From: Leptospira biflexa | Lineage (GTDB): Bacteria; Spirochaetota; Leptospiria; Turneriellales; DYLW01 | NCBI GenBank assembly: GCA_020720785.1 | Contig: DYOA01000001.1 | Coordinates: 195 to 64,194, forward strand | DNA: 64,000 bases | Direction of reading: 5' to 3' | In this document: in pieces, positions 9,993 through 19,307 of the stretch | Layout: the number at the start of each line of letters is the position of its first letter | Numbering within the stretch: position 1 is the first letter of the stretch | Position numbers and translations under genes: made by a program | Notes under the pieces: model-generated | Seen by the model: the letters and a program-made list of their open reading frames with translations, nothing else | Databases searched by the model: none | Told to the model about the DNA's origin: nothing

Positions 9993-11072
9993 ATCGGTCG
10001 GGTTTTTTTCATTTAACTGGTATTCCACAATCCGGTCCAGAGGCCTTTGCAGGGTATTCACCCGGGTGGTGGAAAGCTCCGTGAAATGGGTTTGGACCAC
10101 ACCGATGGATTTTCCCAGAGCGTCCATTTTTTCTGTGAATTTTTTCCATTCTTTTTGGAACAGGGAGAGCAGTGTCTGTATTTCGCTCGCTTTTTCTTCC
10201 ATGGAAAAATTCACCACAGCCTGCCGCACCATGGATAAAACCGCATACAGAGTGATGGGAGAGCATAGAACAATTTTATTGGAGAGAGCAAAGTCCATGA
10301 GATCTTTATCCTCGGAGTGGATAAAATAATAAACACTTTCGCTGGGGATAAATACCAGGACATAATCCAGCGTGTCTGCGGTCACATAATCTCTTTTGGA
10401 AACATCCTTCAGGTGTTTACGCACATCGGATAAAAACTGATCTTTTGCCCGTTTTTTATCCGATTCATCCTCTAATTGCAGGAATTCCTCATATTTTTGG
10501 AAGGGGAATTTCACATCCATATTGACTTTTTTTTCCCGGGGGAGCAAAAAAGTAAAGTCCGGGCGGTTCCCGTCTTTCTGGATTTGCTTCTGGTAACTCA
10601 CTCCCTCTTTCAATCCCATAAAATTGAGGATGTCCTCCACGATTCTTTCCCCCCATTGGCCTCTGGCCTGGTTATTGGAAAGAATCCGCCGGAGGCTGGC
10701 GGTATGGTCGGAAAGCTGGACAATGCCTTTCTGGTTCTCCTCCAATTGCCCCTGGAGCCGGGTGGTTTGGGTGGAGAGATTTTCCAGTTTTCCCCGCATC
10801 TCTTCCAGCGTGTGGTCAATGAGCTTTTTCTTTTCATCCAGCTGGTTTTCTGATCTCTGTGCCAGATGCCCAAACTGCTGGTTTGCCAGTTCAAAGAAAC
10901 TCTTCTGATTTTTTTCCAGGGCTTCTCGGGAGAGATTCCCAAAAGCATTTTCCAGCAGCCGGCTTTTTTCTTCCAAAAGTGTGTTTTCCTTGCGTTTCAG
11001 AAACAAAAGCAGGATCACTCCCGCAACAAAACCTGCCAGAAAAAAAACGGAATAGAGTACGGCATTTATCAT
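9987..11072 (-). CDS. rmuC: DNA recombination protein RmuC
   Basis: N-terminal TM, coiled coil, RmuC nuclease core (RPDFTFLLP..NMDVKFP..VLVFIPSE). Met at 11072 is preceded by GGAGG; the track start at 11126 is less likely. Confidence 0.85.
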   Translation of the reverse strand: MINAVLYSVFFLAGFVAGVILLLFLKRKENTLLEEKSRLLENAFGNLSREALEKNQKSFFELANQQFGHLAQRSENQLDEKKKLIDHTLEEMRGKLENLSTQTTRLQGQLEENQKGIVQLSDHTASLRRILSNNQARGQWGERIVEDILNFMGLKEGVSYQKQIQKDGNRPDFTFLLPREKKVNMDVKFPFQKYEEFLQLEDESDKKRAKDQFLSDVRKHLKDVSKRDYVTADTLDYVLVFIPSESVYYFIHSEDKDLMDFALSNKIVLCSPITLYAVLSMVRQAVVNFSMEEKASEIQTLLSLFQKEWKKFTEKMDALGKSIGVVQTHFTELSTTRVNTLQRPLDRIVEYQLNEKNPTDL

Positions 11073-11186
11073 ATTTCCCTCCTCAGAAAAAATTATATGT
11101 AAGATTTCCGAATCAATTATACTCAAAGAATTTCATAAAACTCCATGTAATGTCAAGAGAAAAAATATCAGAAATAAATTTTATAT

Positions 11187-13064
11187 TTATTCAATCCGGG
11201 AAAATTTCAGTGCGTAACCTTTTTCCCGTAAATCGGTTTCTTCCATGGATATTTCTATAAACGGAGAAAGATCAATAAACACTTTCCGGACAGGATGATA
11301 AAATACACATTTTCCAATCAAAGGACGCGTCTTTTCAATGAGCTCTTCATGGGTGGAAATATCGTCCTGGGTGGGCAGAATGATATCTTTGAGTATATGG
11401 TATTCGGATGTGCCTTTTAAGCTCAACTGCCGGTATCCGGGTTCTATAATGATATAAAATCCATATCTTTTTAATATGGAAAGATCAATGAGGAGTGCTT
11501 CCAGCATATACTGTATGGTAATTTCATAACTGGGATTCTGGGAGAACGCATTTTTATCTTTGTAAAATTCTTCAGAGAAATCCGCAATTTTATAAAGATT
11601 ATCTTTATGGACAAAAGCAATATCCAGCAGATTGGGAACCAGAAGATTTACTTTTATGGATTTTAAACGATTGGATATTTTAAACATGGAATCCAGCACA
11701 AGACGTATATCCGGATGCGGAAAAAATATATCATCAGCAATTTTCATCATTCTATAGTTACCCAGAATAATGGCGGAAAGAAAAAAAACAGTCTCAGAAA
11801 CGAGGTTGAACAGTTTTTCCATAGTCACGGGGTTGGTTTCTGCCCCGGCTGAATTTTCTGTCTGGGTTGTTTCTCTGAAGCGGTGGAATGCCTGGGCTAT
11901 GGGGAAAGGATATTCCCGGATAACTTCTTTCTCGTTTAAAATATTTGCGTAGAAATCCGGAAGCCGGGAAACAGACCGGGTGAGGCGGACCTCCGGATTT
12001 CCCATTAATGAATATGCAGCCCAGATTATGTTATGGATGGAAAAATTTTCCATGGCATATTTCCGGGCCCTCTGGAGAGATTCCCCAATGGTATTTCCGG
12101 CCAGCAGGTGGCGGTAAAAATCCAGGGTAAACAAAAGAAGACTCTCACTGTCTTCAATTTCCCACAGCGTGCCAATATAATTGGTTCGGCCGGAGTTGAT
12201 GAAACTGGAAGCAAACTTGGAGAACCAGTCTGCGGAGGATACCTTGGGGTTATGGTTGGCTGCACTCAAGCAGGAGTTGGAAAAGATCAGCACCGGATGG
12301 GCTCCGGATTTTTCAATTTCCCTGGCATGGAGAATTTTTCCGCCGGGAAGAATCCAGCCGTTTTCATTGGGGGAGGTTGCAAAATGCAGATGCCCTGCAT
12401 AATGGATTATATCTTTATCCGCAATGATGTTCAGCAAGTCCAGCTTTGTTATATTGGATCCTCCGATAAAGTCTATATTCAGCTTCTTATCAGAAAACTT
12501 TTCAGAAATAAAATCATACAGACTCTCCCCTTCCTTTTTTGCCCAGGGAAGATTCTCCGTGGGATCCGCGATGATGGCTATTTTAATTACCTCCTGGGTT
12601 TTCACCGGAACAAATGCCTGGTGGTATCCCTTTATCATTTTTCCCAGATAAAATTTATTCAGAAAAAAATCGTCGCCGTCATGAAAAAGCTCAAAGGGGA
12701 TGGAAGAAAGTGCCGGGTCAATGTCAAAATAAATGTGCTCATCCCGGTTCTCTGCGATCAGACGGTGCAGGGAGGAGGGGAAAAACTGCCGGAAAAATGC
12801 CTGCCCAATGTTCTTTAATCGGTTGGTTAAATTCAGTTCATTAAAAAACAGTCGTTCCTGTCCGGAATTATTCTCAATGGAATGAATGGACCTTCCCAAT
12901 TGGACGATATGCCGCAACCCTTCAATGAATTCCGTGATTAAATCATCATCCACATGAGAAATAAAATTTTCATCTTCCCGCAGGACAGGGTTGACCAGAA
13001 TGGAATCCCGAATCACGTTAAAAACATTGGTCTGGTTCACCCGATCAATAATAATGGTTATCAT
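11187..13064 (-). CDS. CHAT-domain (caspase-like) protein with unrecognised N- and C-terminal regions
   Basis: CHAT core with His (IIHYAGHLHF) and Cys (VLIFSNSCLSA) dyad and NYIGTLWEIED block. Met 13064 is chosen because a terminator hairpin lies in the track's first 23 codons. Confidence 0.7.
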   Translation of the reverse strand: MITIIIDRVNQTNVFNVIRDSILVNPVLREDENFISHVDDDLITEFIEGLRHIVQLGRSIHSIENNSGQERLFFNELNLTNRLKNIGQAFFRQFFPSSLHRLIAENRDEHIYFDIDPALSSIPFELFHDGDDFFLNKFYLGKMIKGYHQAFVPVKTQEVIKIAIIADPTENLPWAKKEGESLYDFISEKFSDKKLNIDFIGGSNITKLDLLNIIADKDIIHYAGHLHFATSPNENGWILPGGKILHAREIEKSGAHPVLIFSNSCLSAANHNPKVSSADWFSKFASSFINSGRTNYIGTLWEIEDSESLLLFTLDFYRHLLAGNTIGESLQRARKYAMENFSIHNIIWAAYSLMGNPEVRLTRSVSRLPDFYANILNEKEVIREYPFPIAQAFHRFRETTQTENSAGAETNPVTMEKLFNLVSETVFFLSAIILGNYRMMKIADDIFFPHPDIRLVLDSMFKISNRLKSIKVNLLVPNLLDIAFVHKDNLYKIADFSEEFYKDKNAFSQNPSYEITIQYMLEALLIDLSILKRYGFYIIIEPGYRQLSLKGTSEYHILKDIILPTQDDISTHEELIEKTRPLIGKCVFYHPVRKVFIDLSPFIEISMEETDLREKGYALKFSRIE

Positions 13065-13092
13065 AATAAAAAAGCGGTCCTTAAGACCGCTT
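13065..13092 (-). terminator. Terminator-like hairpin after the acyl-CoA synthetase gene
   Basis: Minus strand reads AAGCGGTC-ttaag-GACCGCTT followed by TTTTATTATG. The final ATG is the CHAT Met codon. Confidence 0.55.
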
Positions 13093-13125
13093 GGTTTTTG
13101 CGTCCAGAAATTCAAGAAAAAAAAA

Positions 13126-15030
13126 TTATTCAAACATTCCGTTAATCAGTTTTTCATACATTTCCGTCACCACATGGCGTTTTAATTTTAATGTATTATT
13201 TAGCTCCATGCCCTGTTCAAACGGTTTGGTCAGAAGGCGGAATACCGGAACCTTTTCAAAGGCCTTGAATCCATTCTCCAGGTTAATCAGTCTCTGTATT
13301 TCTGTCTTGAAAAGCACGTTGATTTTGGGGTTGGATATTGCTTCTTCAAGGGAACCAATGCTGAGCTGGTTGTCTTTTGCATACTGGAAGATGGCCTCTG
13401 CATTGGGGACAATCAGGGCACCCAGGGTTTTTTTATCCTGCCCCACCACCATTACATGATCAATGAATGGACTTTCCTTCAGTTTTTCCTCAATGGGAGT
13501 GGGTTCCACATTTTCTCCTCCCACCAGCACAATGGTGTCCTTGGAGCGTCCCACAATGGAGATTTCACCGTTTACGGTGATTTTTACCAGGTCTCCGGTG
13601 TTGAACCAGCCATCATCGTCCATTACTTCCTTGGTTTTGGCGGGATTTTTGTAATATCCTGCCATGACCTGCGGACCCCGCACATGAAGGGTTCCCTTCG
13701 CATCCGGAATACCGGTAACATCTTTTCCATCTATGTCTATCAGCCGGATCTCTGTCTCTTCCAGAGGTGCTCCCACGGTGCCTGTCACCACGTGATCCGG
13801 GTCACGGACTCCCAGAACCGGAGTGGTTTCCGTGAGACCATAACCTTCCAGGATTTTCACCCCAATGCTGGCAAAAAACTGGTCCACATATCCCGGAAGT
13901 GCCCCTCCGCCGGAAACAGATCCCTTGAGCCGGCCTCCGGTGGCTGCGATCACCTTTTTAAACACCAGGATATTACCCAGCAGTTTGGGCAGAATATAAA
14001 CCGCGAGCATAATGGCGGAAAACAGTTTCAGGGTAATTTCTGCGACAGGATTGCGTTTCTTATAAATATTTTCCCTGCCGGTCAGAATCCGCAAATACTG
14101 GTAATATTTAATGGAGATATCTTTGAAAAAATTGAAAATCCCTTCTTTCCCGCTGCTTTTCACTCCGGCAATGACTTTGTTATAGACCCCTTCCCAGATG
14201 CGTGGCACAGCCGGTACCCAATGTGGCCGGATTTTCCGCAGGTCTTCCCCAATGGTTTTGATGGAAGAATAGGTGATGGATACCCCGTTGACGATGAACA
14301 TGTACTCCGCAATCCTGCCAAAGACATGCCAGGGGGGGAGTAGAGTCAATGCGGATTCCCCCTGTCCCGGACGCAGCCGATTGGTGACATACTCCATCTG
14401 GGATGCATAGTTTTTCTGGGTGAGCATCACTCCCTTGGGTTCCCCGGTTGTCCCGGAGGTATACACAATGGTAACAAGATCATCTTCCTGTATTTTCTGT
14501 CTGCGTTTATCATATTCCTGAGCTTCCTTAGCGTTTGTCTTGATGGCCTCCCGCCCCGATAGTATCAGATCGGAAAGGGTCATGATATTCTTCCCTTTTT
14601 TGGTGATCTTATCATCCATCACAATAAACCGGGAAACATCGCCTTTGTGTTTTTTGAGACCGAGGTTAATTTTTTCAATCTGGGCCTCATTATGGACAAA
14701 GACAATTTCACTGCCGGAATGGGAAATTATATAACCCAGCTCTTCACCGGTGGAGTCCGTTCCGCGCGGCACATCCGCAATGCCAATCATCTGCATGGCC
14801 AGATCACACATCGTCCATAATTGGGACACATCGGCAATGATGGCCACATGCTGCTTGGATTTTACTCCCAGATGGATCAGACCCACGGCAATTTCCCGTA
14901 TCTGGTATTGTGCTTCCTTAAACGATATTTCTTTGTATGATTCACCTTCCCGCCACCGGAAAAGGAGATTTTCCGGATATAGCCGGAAGGATTCTTCCAG
15001 TGCTTCTGCTAAAGTTTTGTATTTTGTCAT
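13126..15030 (-). CDS. Long-chain acyl-CoA synthetase (AMP-forming)
   Basis: AMP-binding motifs IVYTSGTTGEPKGV, EGYGLTET, NTGD. Met at 15030 is preceded by a GGAGA SD; the track TTG start at 15108 is possible. Confidence 0.85.
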   Translation of the reverse strand: MTKYKTLAEALEESFRLYPENLLFRWREGESYKEISFKEAQYQIREIAVGLIHLGVKSKQHVAIIADVSQLWTMCDLAMQMIGIADVPRGTDSTGEELGYIISHSGSEIVFVHNEAQIEKINLGLKKHKGDVSRFIVMDDKITKKGKNIMTLSDLILSGREAIKTNAKEAQEYDKRRQKIQEDDLVTIVYTSGTTGEPKGVMLTQKNYASQMEYVTNRLRPGQGESALTLLPPWHVFGRIAEYMFIVNGVSITYSSIKTIGEDLRKIRPHWVPAVPRIWEGVYNKVIAGVKSSGKEGIFNFFKDISIKYYQYLRILTGRENIYKKRNPVAEITLKLFSAIMLAVYILPKLLGNILVFKKVIAATGGRLKGSVSGGGALPGYVDQFFASIGVKILEGYGLTETTPVLGVRDPDHVVTGTVGAPLEETEIRLIDIDGKDVTGIPDAKGTLHVRGPQVMAGYYKNPAKTKEVMDDDGWFNTGDLVKITVNGEISIVGRSKDTIVLVGGENVEPTPIEEKLKESPFIDHVMVVGQDKKTLGALIVPNAEAIFQYAKDNQLSIGSLEEAISNPKINVLFKTEIQRLINLENGFKAFEKVPVFRLLTKPFEQGMELNNTLKLKRHVVTEMYEKLINGMFE

Positions 15031-15124
15031 TTTTTTCTCCGCTATCTTTAATTGCCCGTTTGCGGGCGGTTCCGTACCAGAAATGACAACTGGAATATGT
15101 GGGGTCAAGAAAAATATATGCGGA

Positions 15125-15781
15125 TTATTCTATGAGGCTTTTTTCCGAGCGTACCGGATTTCCCAGAGAGAAATGCACCGTAAATTCCAGACCCGCATAG
15201 AGAGCATATTTGTCCATTCTCTCAAAACCATCATAAAAAGCACTTTTCACGGGCAGTTTTATATCCAGATATCCGGTGGTGAATCCGGGAGCCAGAGTGG
15301 CACCCCAGCCGTAATTGCGTTCCTGATCCCGCAGAAAAAACACATCGGCCATGAAAAAGGGATGACTGGGGATCACATTCTGGATGGCAAAGAGATAAAA
15401 ATCATATAAATAAATCAACGGAAAGAACAGGGCAAATCCTCCCAGTTTTTCTTCCGTGGTTTTGGAAAGGTTGGGTTTATAAAACTGGAATGGTTTGACA
15501 TACTTAACGCCCATGCCATAGCCCAGATATTTATGGCTGAAATTATGGGAGACCATTTCCTGGTGTTCTAAGCGGGAGTACGCCATCCAGCCGTAACGGA
15601 ACCGGGGTGCATACTCCAGTTCCCCAATGAGGTTATACGCAAAATATTGGTTCCGGGTTTCCTCTGAAAGCGAGGTATAGGAATAATGGCCACCGGTACC
15701 CACTCCCAGGAAGAGAGAACCCCAGGTGGGATTCCATGCAATGCTCAAGAGAAGAAGTAGAAATATTTTTTTCATGATCAC
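15125..15781 (-). CDS. Hypothetical secreted, probably beta-barrel outer-membrane protein
   Basis: Signal peptide (MKKIFLLLLLSIAW), Gly/aromatic alternating strand-like pattern. Lies immediately upstream of the acyl-CoA synthetase gene on the same strand. Confidence 0.4.
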   Translation of the reverse strand: MIMKKIFLLLLLSIAWNPTWGSLFLGVGTGGHYSYTSLSEETRNQYFAYNLIGELEYAPRFRYGWMAYSRLEHQEMVSHNFSHKYLGYGMGVKYVKPFQFYKPNLSKTTEEKLGGFALFFPLIYLYDFYLFAIQNVIPSHPFFMADVFFLRDQERNYGWGATLAPGFTTGYLDIKLPVKSAFYDGFERMDKYALYAGLEFTVHFSLGNPVRSEKSLIE

Positions 15782-15871
15782 TCCGCACTTTACGCATTAT
15801 CCGGGATAAACCTGACGTATAGTATTTTTTAAAAAATATTTACACCTTGTAAAAAAAGAAAGCTCTAACCT

Positions 15872-17140
15872 ATGATTGATAACTCCCATTTCAAAGATCC
15901 ACAAAAAAAAGAAATCCTGCTGCGGACACTGAAGAAAAGAAATTATGATTTGTCACTGGCGGACAGAGCGGAAAAACTCATCAAAGAGAGAAATGACCTC
16001 ATACAGAAAACAGAAAATCTACAGAATGAAAAAAATTTGGCATCCCGGAAAATCGGGGAGGTCATGAAAGAAAAGGGAGCAGACTCCCCGGAAATAAAAG
16101 AAGCCAAAGACCATGTCACCCGGATTGGGGAAGATATCAAAGAATATAAAGAAAAACTGGCCGATCTGGAAAAAGATTTTGAGGAGCTCACTCTGGTGTT
16201 TCCCAATATTCTGGACGAGGATGTTCCAGAAGGAAAAGATGATGCGGATAACGCCGTGCTCCGGGTGGAAGGGACATTCCCTGAGTTCCCGGCTCTTGCC
16301 CATTTTGAATCGGCAGAAAAACACCAGCTCATAGACTTTGAAAGGGGAGTGAAAATTTCCGGCTCCCGCTTTTATGTGTATAACGAACAGATTGCCCGGC
16401 TGGAAAGACATCTGGTGAATTTTATGCTGGATATCCATACTTCACACGGATATAAAGAACGCACGGTTCCCCTGCTGGTGAAAAATGAAGCAATGAAAGG
16501 TACCGGGCAATTCCCAAAATTCCAGGAGGAATACTACCGCTTGGAAAAAGATGAGCTGAACCTGATCCCCACGGCGGAAGTGCCCCTCACCAACCTGTAC
16601 TATGATGAAATAATCCCCGCAGAGGCACTGCCCATCCTTCTCACCGCACAAACCCCCTGCTTCCGCCGGGAAGCCGGTAGTGCCGGAAAAGATACCCGTG
16701 GCCTGGTACGGGTCCACCAGTTTACCAAAGTGGAACTGGTCAAATTCACCCGCCCGGAAGAATCCGCACGGGAGCACGAAAAACTTCTGGCGGACGCAGA
16801 ATCCATTCTAAAGCGGCTGCATCTCACATACCGGGTGGTCCTGCTTTCCTCCGGAGATACCTCGTTCTCATCCGCAAAAACCTATGATCTGGAAATCTAT
16901 ATGCCCGGTCTAAAACGATGGATGGAAATTTCCTCCGTGTCCAACTTCCGGGATTTCCAGTCCCGGCGGGCAAAAATCCGTTATAAAAATCCGGACACAG
17001 GAAAGAATGAGCTGGTCCATACCCTGAACGGTTCCGGAGTGGCCGCCGGGCGTCTCCTCGCCGCCCTCATGGAATACTACCAGACTCCGGACGGCAATGT
17101 GGATTTTCCCCGGATTTATTCCCTGCTGGAAAAAAAATAG
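15872..17140 (+). CDS. serS: Serine--tRNA ligase
   Basis: Coiled-coil tRNA-binding arm plus class II core ([21 protein letters not shown]; [10 protein letters not shown]). Confidence 0.95.
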   Translation: MIDNSHFKDPQKKEILLRTLKKRNYDLSLADRAEKLIKERNDLIQKTENLQNEKNLASRKIGEVMKEKGADSPEIKEAKDHVTRIGEDIKEYKEKLADLEKDFEELTLVFPNILDEDVPEGKDDADNAVLRVEGTFPEFPALAHFESAEKHQLIDFERGVKISGSRFYVYNEQIARLERHLVNFMLDIHTSHGYKERTVPLLVKNEAMKGTGQFPKFQEEYYRLEKDELNLIPTAEVPLTNLYYDEIIPAEALPILLTAQTPCFRREAGSAGKDTRGLVRVHQFTKVELVKFTRPEESAREHEKLLADAESILKRLHLTYRVVLLSSGDTSFSSAKTYDLEIYMPGLKRWMEISSVSNFRDFQSRRAKIRYKNPDTGKNELVHTLNGSGVAAGRLLAALMEYYQTPDGNVDFPRIYSLLEKK

Positions 17141-17168
17141 AACCTTCCCATTTCAGGCGGATGCTTCT

Positions 17169-17180
17169 ATTATGTCGTAT
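17169..17180 (+). repeat. 12-mer family copy e (ATTATGTCGTAT), 80 nt upstream of the 17261 gene
   Basis: 10/12 match to ATTATGTCACAT; intergenic; oriented toward the downstream gene. Confidence 0.45.
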
Positions 17181-17260
17181 TAAAAGGTGCAGTCCCATTC
17201 GGAGGGGAAACACAGAATTTTGCTTTTTTTTCGGGATTTTTGGCCGATTTGTTAGGATAG

Positions 17261-18814
17261 ATGAAAAAAGTTTCCTCGATTTTTCTGGTCTCCTGGATAC
17301 TGGCAGGGATGGCAGGGTTTAGCATTGCCGGCTTTCTGTATAATCCAAATGCCCCGGAGCAAATAAAACAAAATATAATATCTGCTTTCCGGAATAAAGA
17401 GTCCACCCGCCTCATGGATGCTCTCCCCGGTCTGTTTGATTCCAATCCATCCCTGGGAGCTGTCTTCATTCTTTCCGCCGATGAAAATTATACCATCTAT
17501 GCCAGCCTTTACGAAAAAAACCGCATTTCTGATGAACAGTACCGCTCCCTGGTGAACAATTTCCGGGAATCCATTGTGCGTTTGCAGAAAGAAAAATCGT
17601 TCCAGATATTCCGCTTTAATATGGAAGAAAAATCGGTCTATTTGTTTTTTGCCCGCAATGGCGGTTTTTATGTCTCTTATTTTATCAATCCATCCCGCTA
17701 TCCATATTTTACACTGGTCTTTATTCTGTACATCCTGGTTTTCTTTTTCAGCATTCTTTGGGCAATCTATGATATGTCAGAGCATACGGCAGAAAGAAGG
17801 AAATTTGCGGATAGAAAGCCCCCGCAGCCGGCCACATCCTTCCCGCCCTCCGGGTTTTCCGAAAAAACCCCCCCACGGAAACCCGGGAAAGAAATGGAAT
17901 GGGATACCAGCCGCTATTTAATGGAAAACAAACTGAAGGATCTGCTGGAAGCGGTGGAGCAGACATTCATGGCAAAGAAAATTATCTACTATTCCGGTGA
18001 AAATGGCCGATGGAAGGGAATTCTGGAAAAAAGAGACACGTTATATGTTAAAGGTGAATCCATCCGTCTTCCGTCCATACCCTTTTCCTCCGGTTTTTCG
18101 GATCCGGTGGTGAAAGCCCAGACCAGAGAAATATTTTTTCCGGTAATCCGGAACCGGGGGCTGGACGGAATGCTGTATTTTCAGTATCCGGAAACCTATC
18201 ATTTTTCCATGGAAGATCTGAAGATTCTTACTTCCCTTGTTTCCCGTTTCAGCGAATCCCTTTTCATCCAGAAAACCTATGAAAAGGCTGTGTTCAACGA
18301 AACGAGCGGATTTTTTACATTCCCGTACCTTTATTTCCTTCTCCAGGAAAAATTAATCAATTCCTCCTCCTTTGAAGTCCTTCACTTTACCGTGCCGGGA
18401 GACAGCCAGCAGGAAACTGATCCCCGCCTGGGTGTTCTGGTGGAATTATTGAAGAAGTTCGTCCAAGGTTTTCTGGCCATTGCGTATGAAGATCCCAAAG
18501 TCCTGCCGATTAAAATTTTCCAGGTGGATATTCACCAGTTTTATCTGGTTCTGGACAGAGAGTTTTATCCCCGCCTGAAACGAAACCTAACAGATAAAGA
18601 TATAAAGAAAATTATTCTTGAAATCAGAGAAATCCTGCAAAGTGTTTACCACACATTCATCCCCGCCGCACTGGTCTCCGGTTCCGCCGGAGAAAAAGAT
18701 GTCCATGCTTTCCTGAAAAAGGTACGGCTGGAATGGGAGCTGGCACGGGATGGGAAAATATTCGGGAAGATTAAGAAAGAAAATATAAAACCTGTCTATG
18801 AAACCCCAGCTTGA
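17261..18814 (+). CDS. Membrane protein with GAF-like and degenerate GGDEF-like C-terminal region (function uncertain)
   Basis: N-terminal TM, second TM block, Pro-rich linker. A by-eye alignment puts NETSGFFTFPYLYFLLQEKL where GGDEF domains start and VDIHQF where GGDEF sits. Confidence 0.4.
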   Translation: MKKVSSIFLVSWILAGMAGFSIAGFLYNPNAPEQIKQNIISAFRNKESTRLMDALPGLFDSNPSLGAVFILSADENYTIYASLYEKNRISDEQYRSLVNNFRESIVRLQKEKSFQIFRFNMEEKSVYLFFARNGGFYVSYFINPSRYPYFTLVFILYILVFFFSILWAIYDMSEHTAERRKFADRKPPQPATSFPPSGFSEKTPPRKPGKEMEWDTSRYLMENKLKDLLEAVEQTFMAKKIIYYSGENGRWKGILEKRDTLYVKGESIRLPSIPFSSGFSDPVVKAQTREIFFPVIRNRGLDGMLYFQYPETYHFSMEDLKILTSLVSRFSESLFIQKTYEKAVFNETSGFFTFPYLYFLLQEKLINSSSFEVLHFTVPGDSQQETDPRLGVLVELLKKFVQGFLAIAYEDPKVLPIKIFQVDIHQFYLVLDREFYPRLKRNLTDKDIKKIILEIREILQSVYHTFIPAALVSGSAGEKDVHAFLKKVRLEWELARDGKIFGKIKKENIKPVYETPA

Positions 18815-19307
18815 GACAATTTTACGGGAAATTATCCATTCCAATCTGCTTACCATTTTTGAATCCATCCTGCATCAAAAACTGTTTCTGGAAAATGATT
18901 CCATTTATCACAACGAAGGAATTATCCATGATTTTCTTTACGAAGGCCAATTTGAATGGAAAAAAAGAAAAATATCCCTTCTGATGGGTCATGAAAAACC
19001 ATTCATGGACAAAATTACCCCGTATATGGTGAAGCATTTCAAAGCTTCTCCATCGGCTAATGATATTGCCAGCGGGGCATGGGATTCTTTTATCTCTTAT
19101 CTTTTTGAATTCGCACGGCAATCCCTCCAGGAAGAGTTGCTGATGTTTTCCCTGGAAGGGAAACTGGATTATTCCGGTAAAATCTATCCCCTGACGCAGG
19201 AAAAAAGTAAAACAATCCGTCAGATTTTCGTTGTCCGGGATCCCATGGATCCGGAAAAAGTCATCGGTCGGTTCAGCGTCTATCTGCACATACAAAACCC
19301 GTATTGA
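18798..19307 (+). CDS. Hypothetical 169-aa protein (possibly CheX/CheC-like fold)
   Basis: Overlaps the upstream stop by 17 nt (coupled). No motif securely recognised. Confidence 0.4.
   Translation: MKPQLETILREIIHSNLLTIFESILHQKLFLENDSIYHNEGIIHDFLYEGQFEWKKRKISLLMGHEKPFMDKITPYMVKHFKASPSANDIASGAWDSFISYLFEFARQSLQEELLMFSLEGKLDYSGKIYPLTQEKSKTIRQIFVVRDPMDPEKVIGRFSVYLHIQNPY

Noticed and set aside
13117-13200. My hand count of an A-run and a T-run here disagreed by 1 nt with the ORF track, which looked like a frameshift at the acyl-CoA synthetase 3' end and the CHAT 5' end.
   Set aside because: The track is computed from the sequence and reads through both genes. My manual counting of homopolymers is unreliable, so no frameshift or pseudogene is claimed.
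15782-15871. T-box or leader elements upstream of serS. I also checked trpS and gltX.
   Set aside because: I saw no specifier-loop or T-box (AGGGUGGNACCGCG-like) sequence. gltX and trpS have essentially no upstream spacer.
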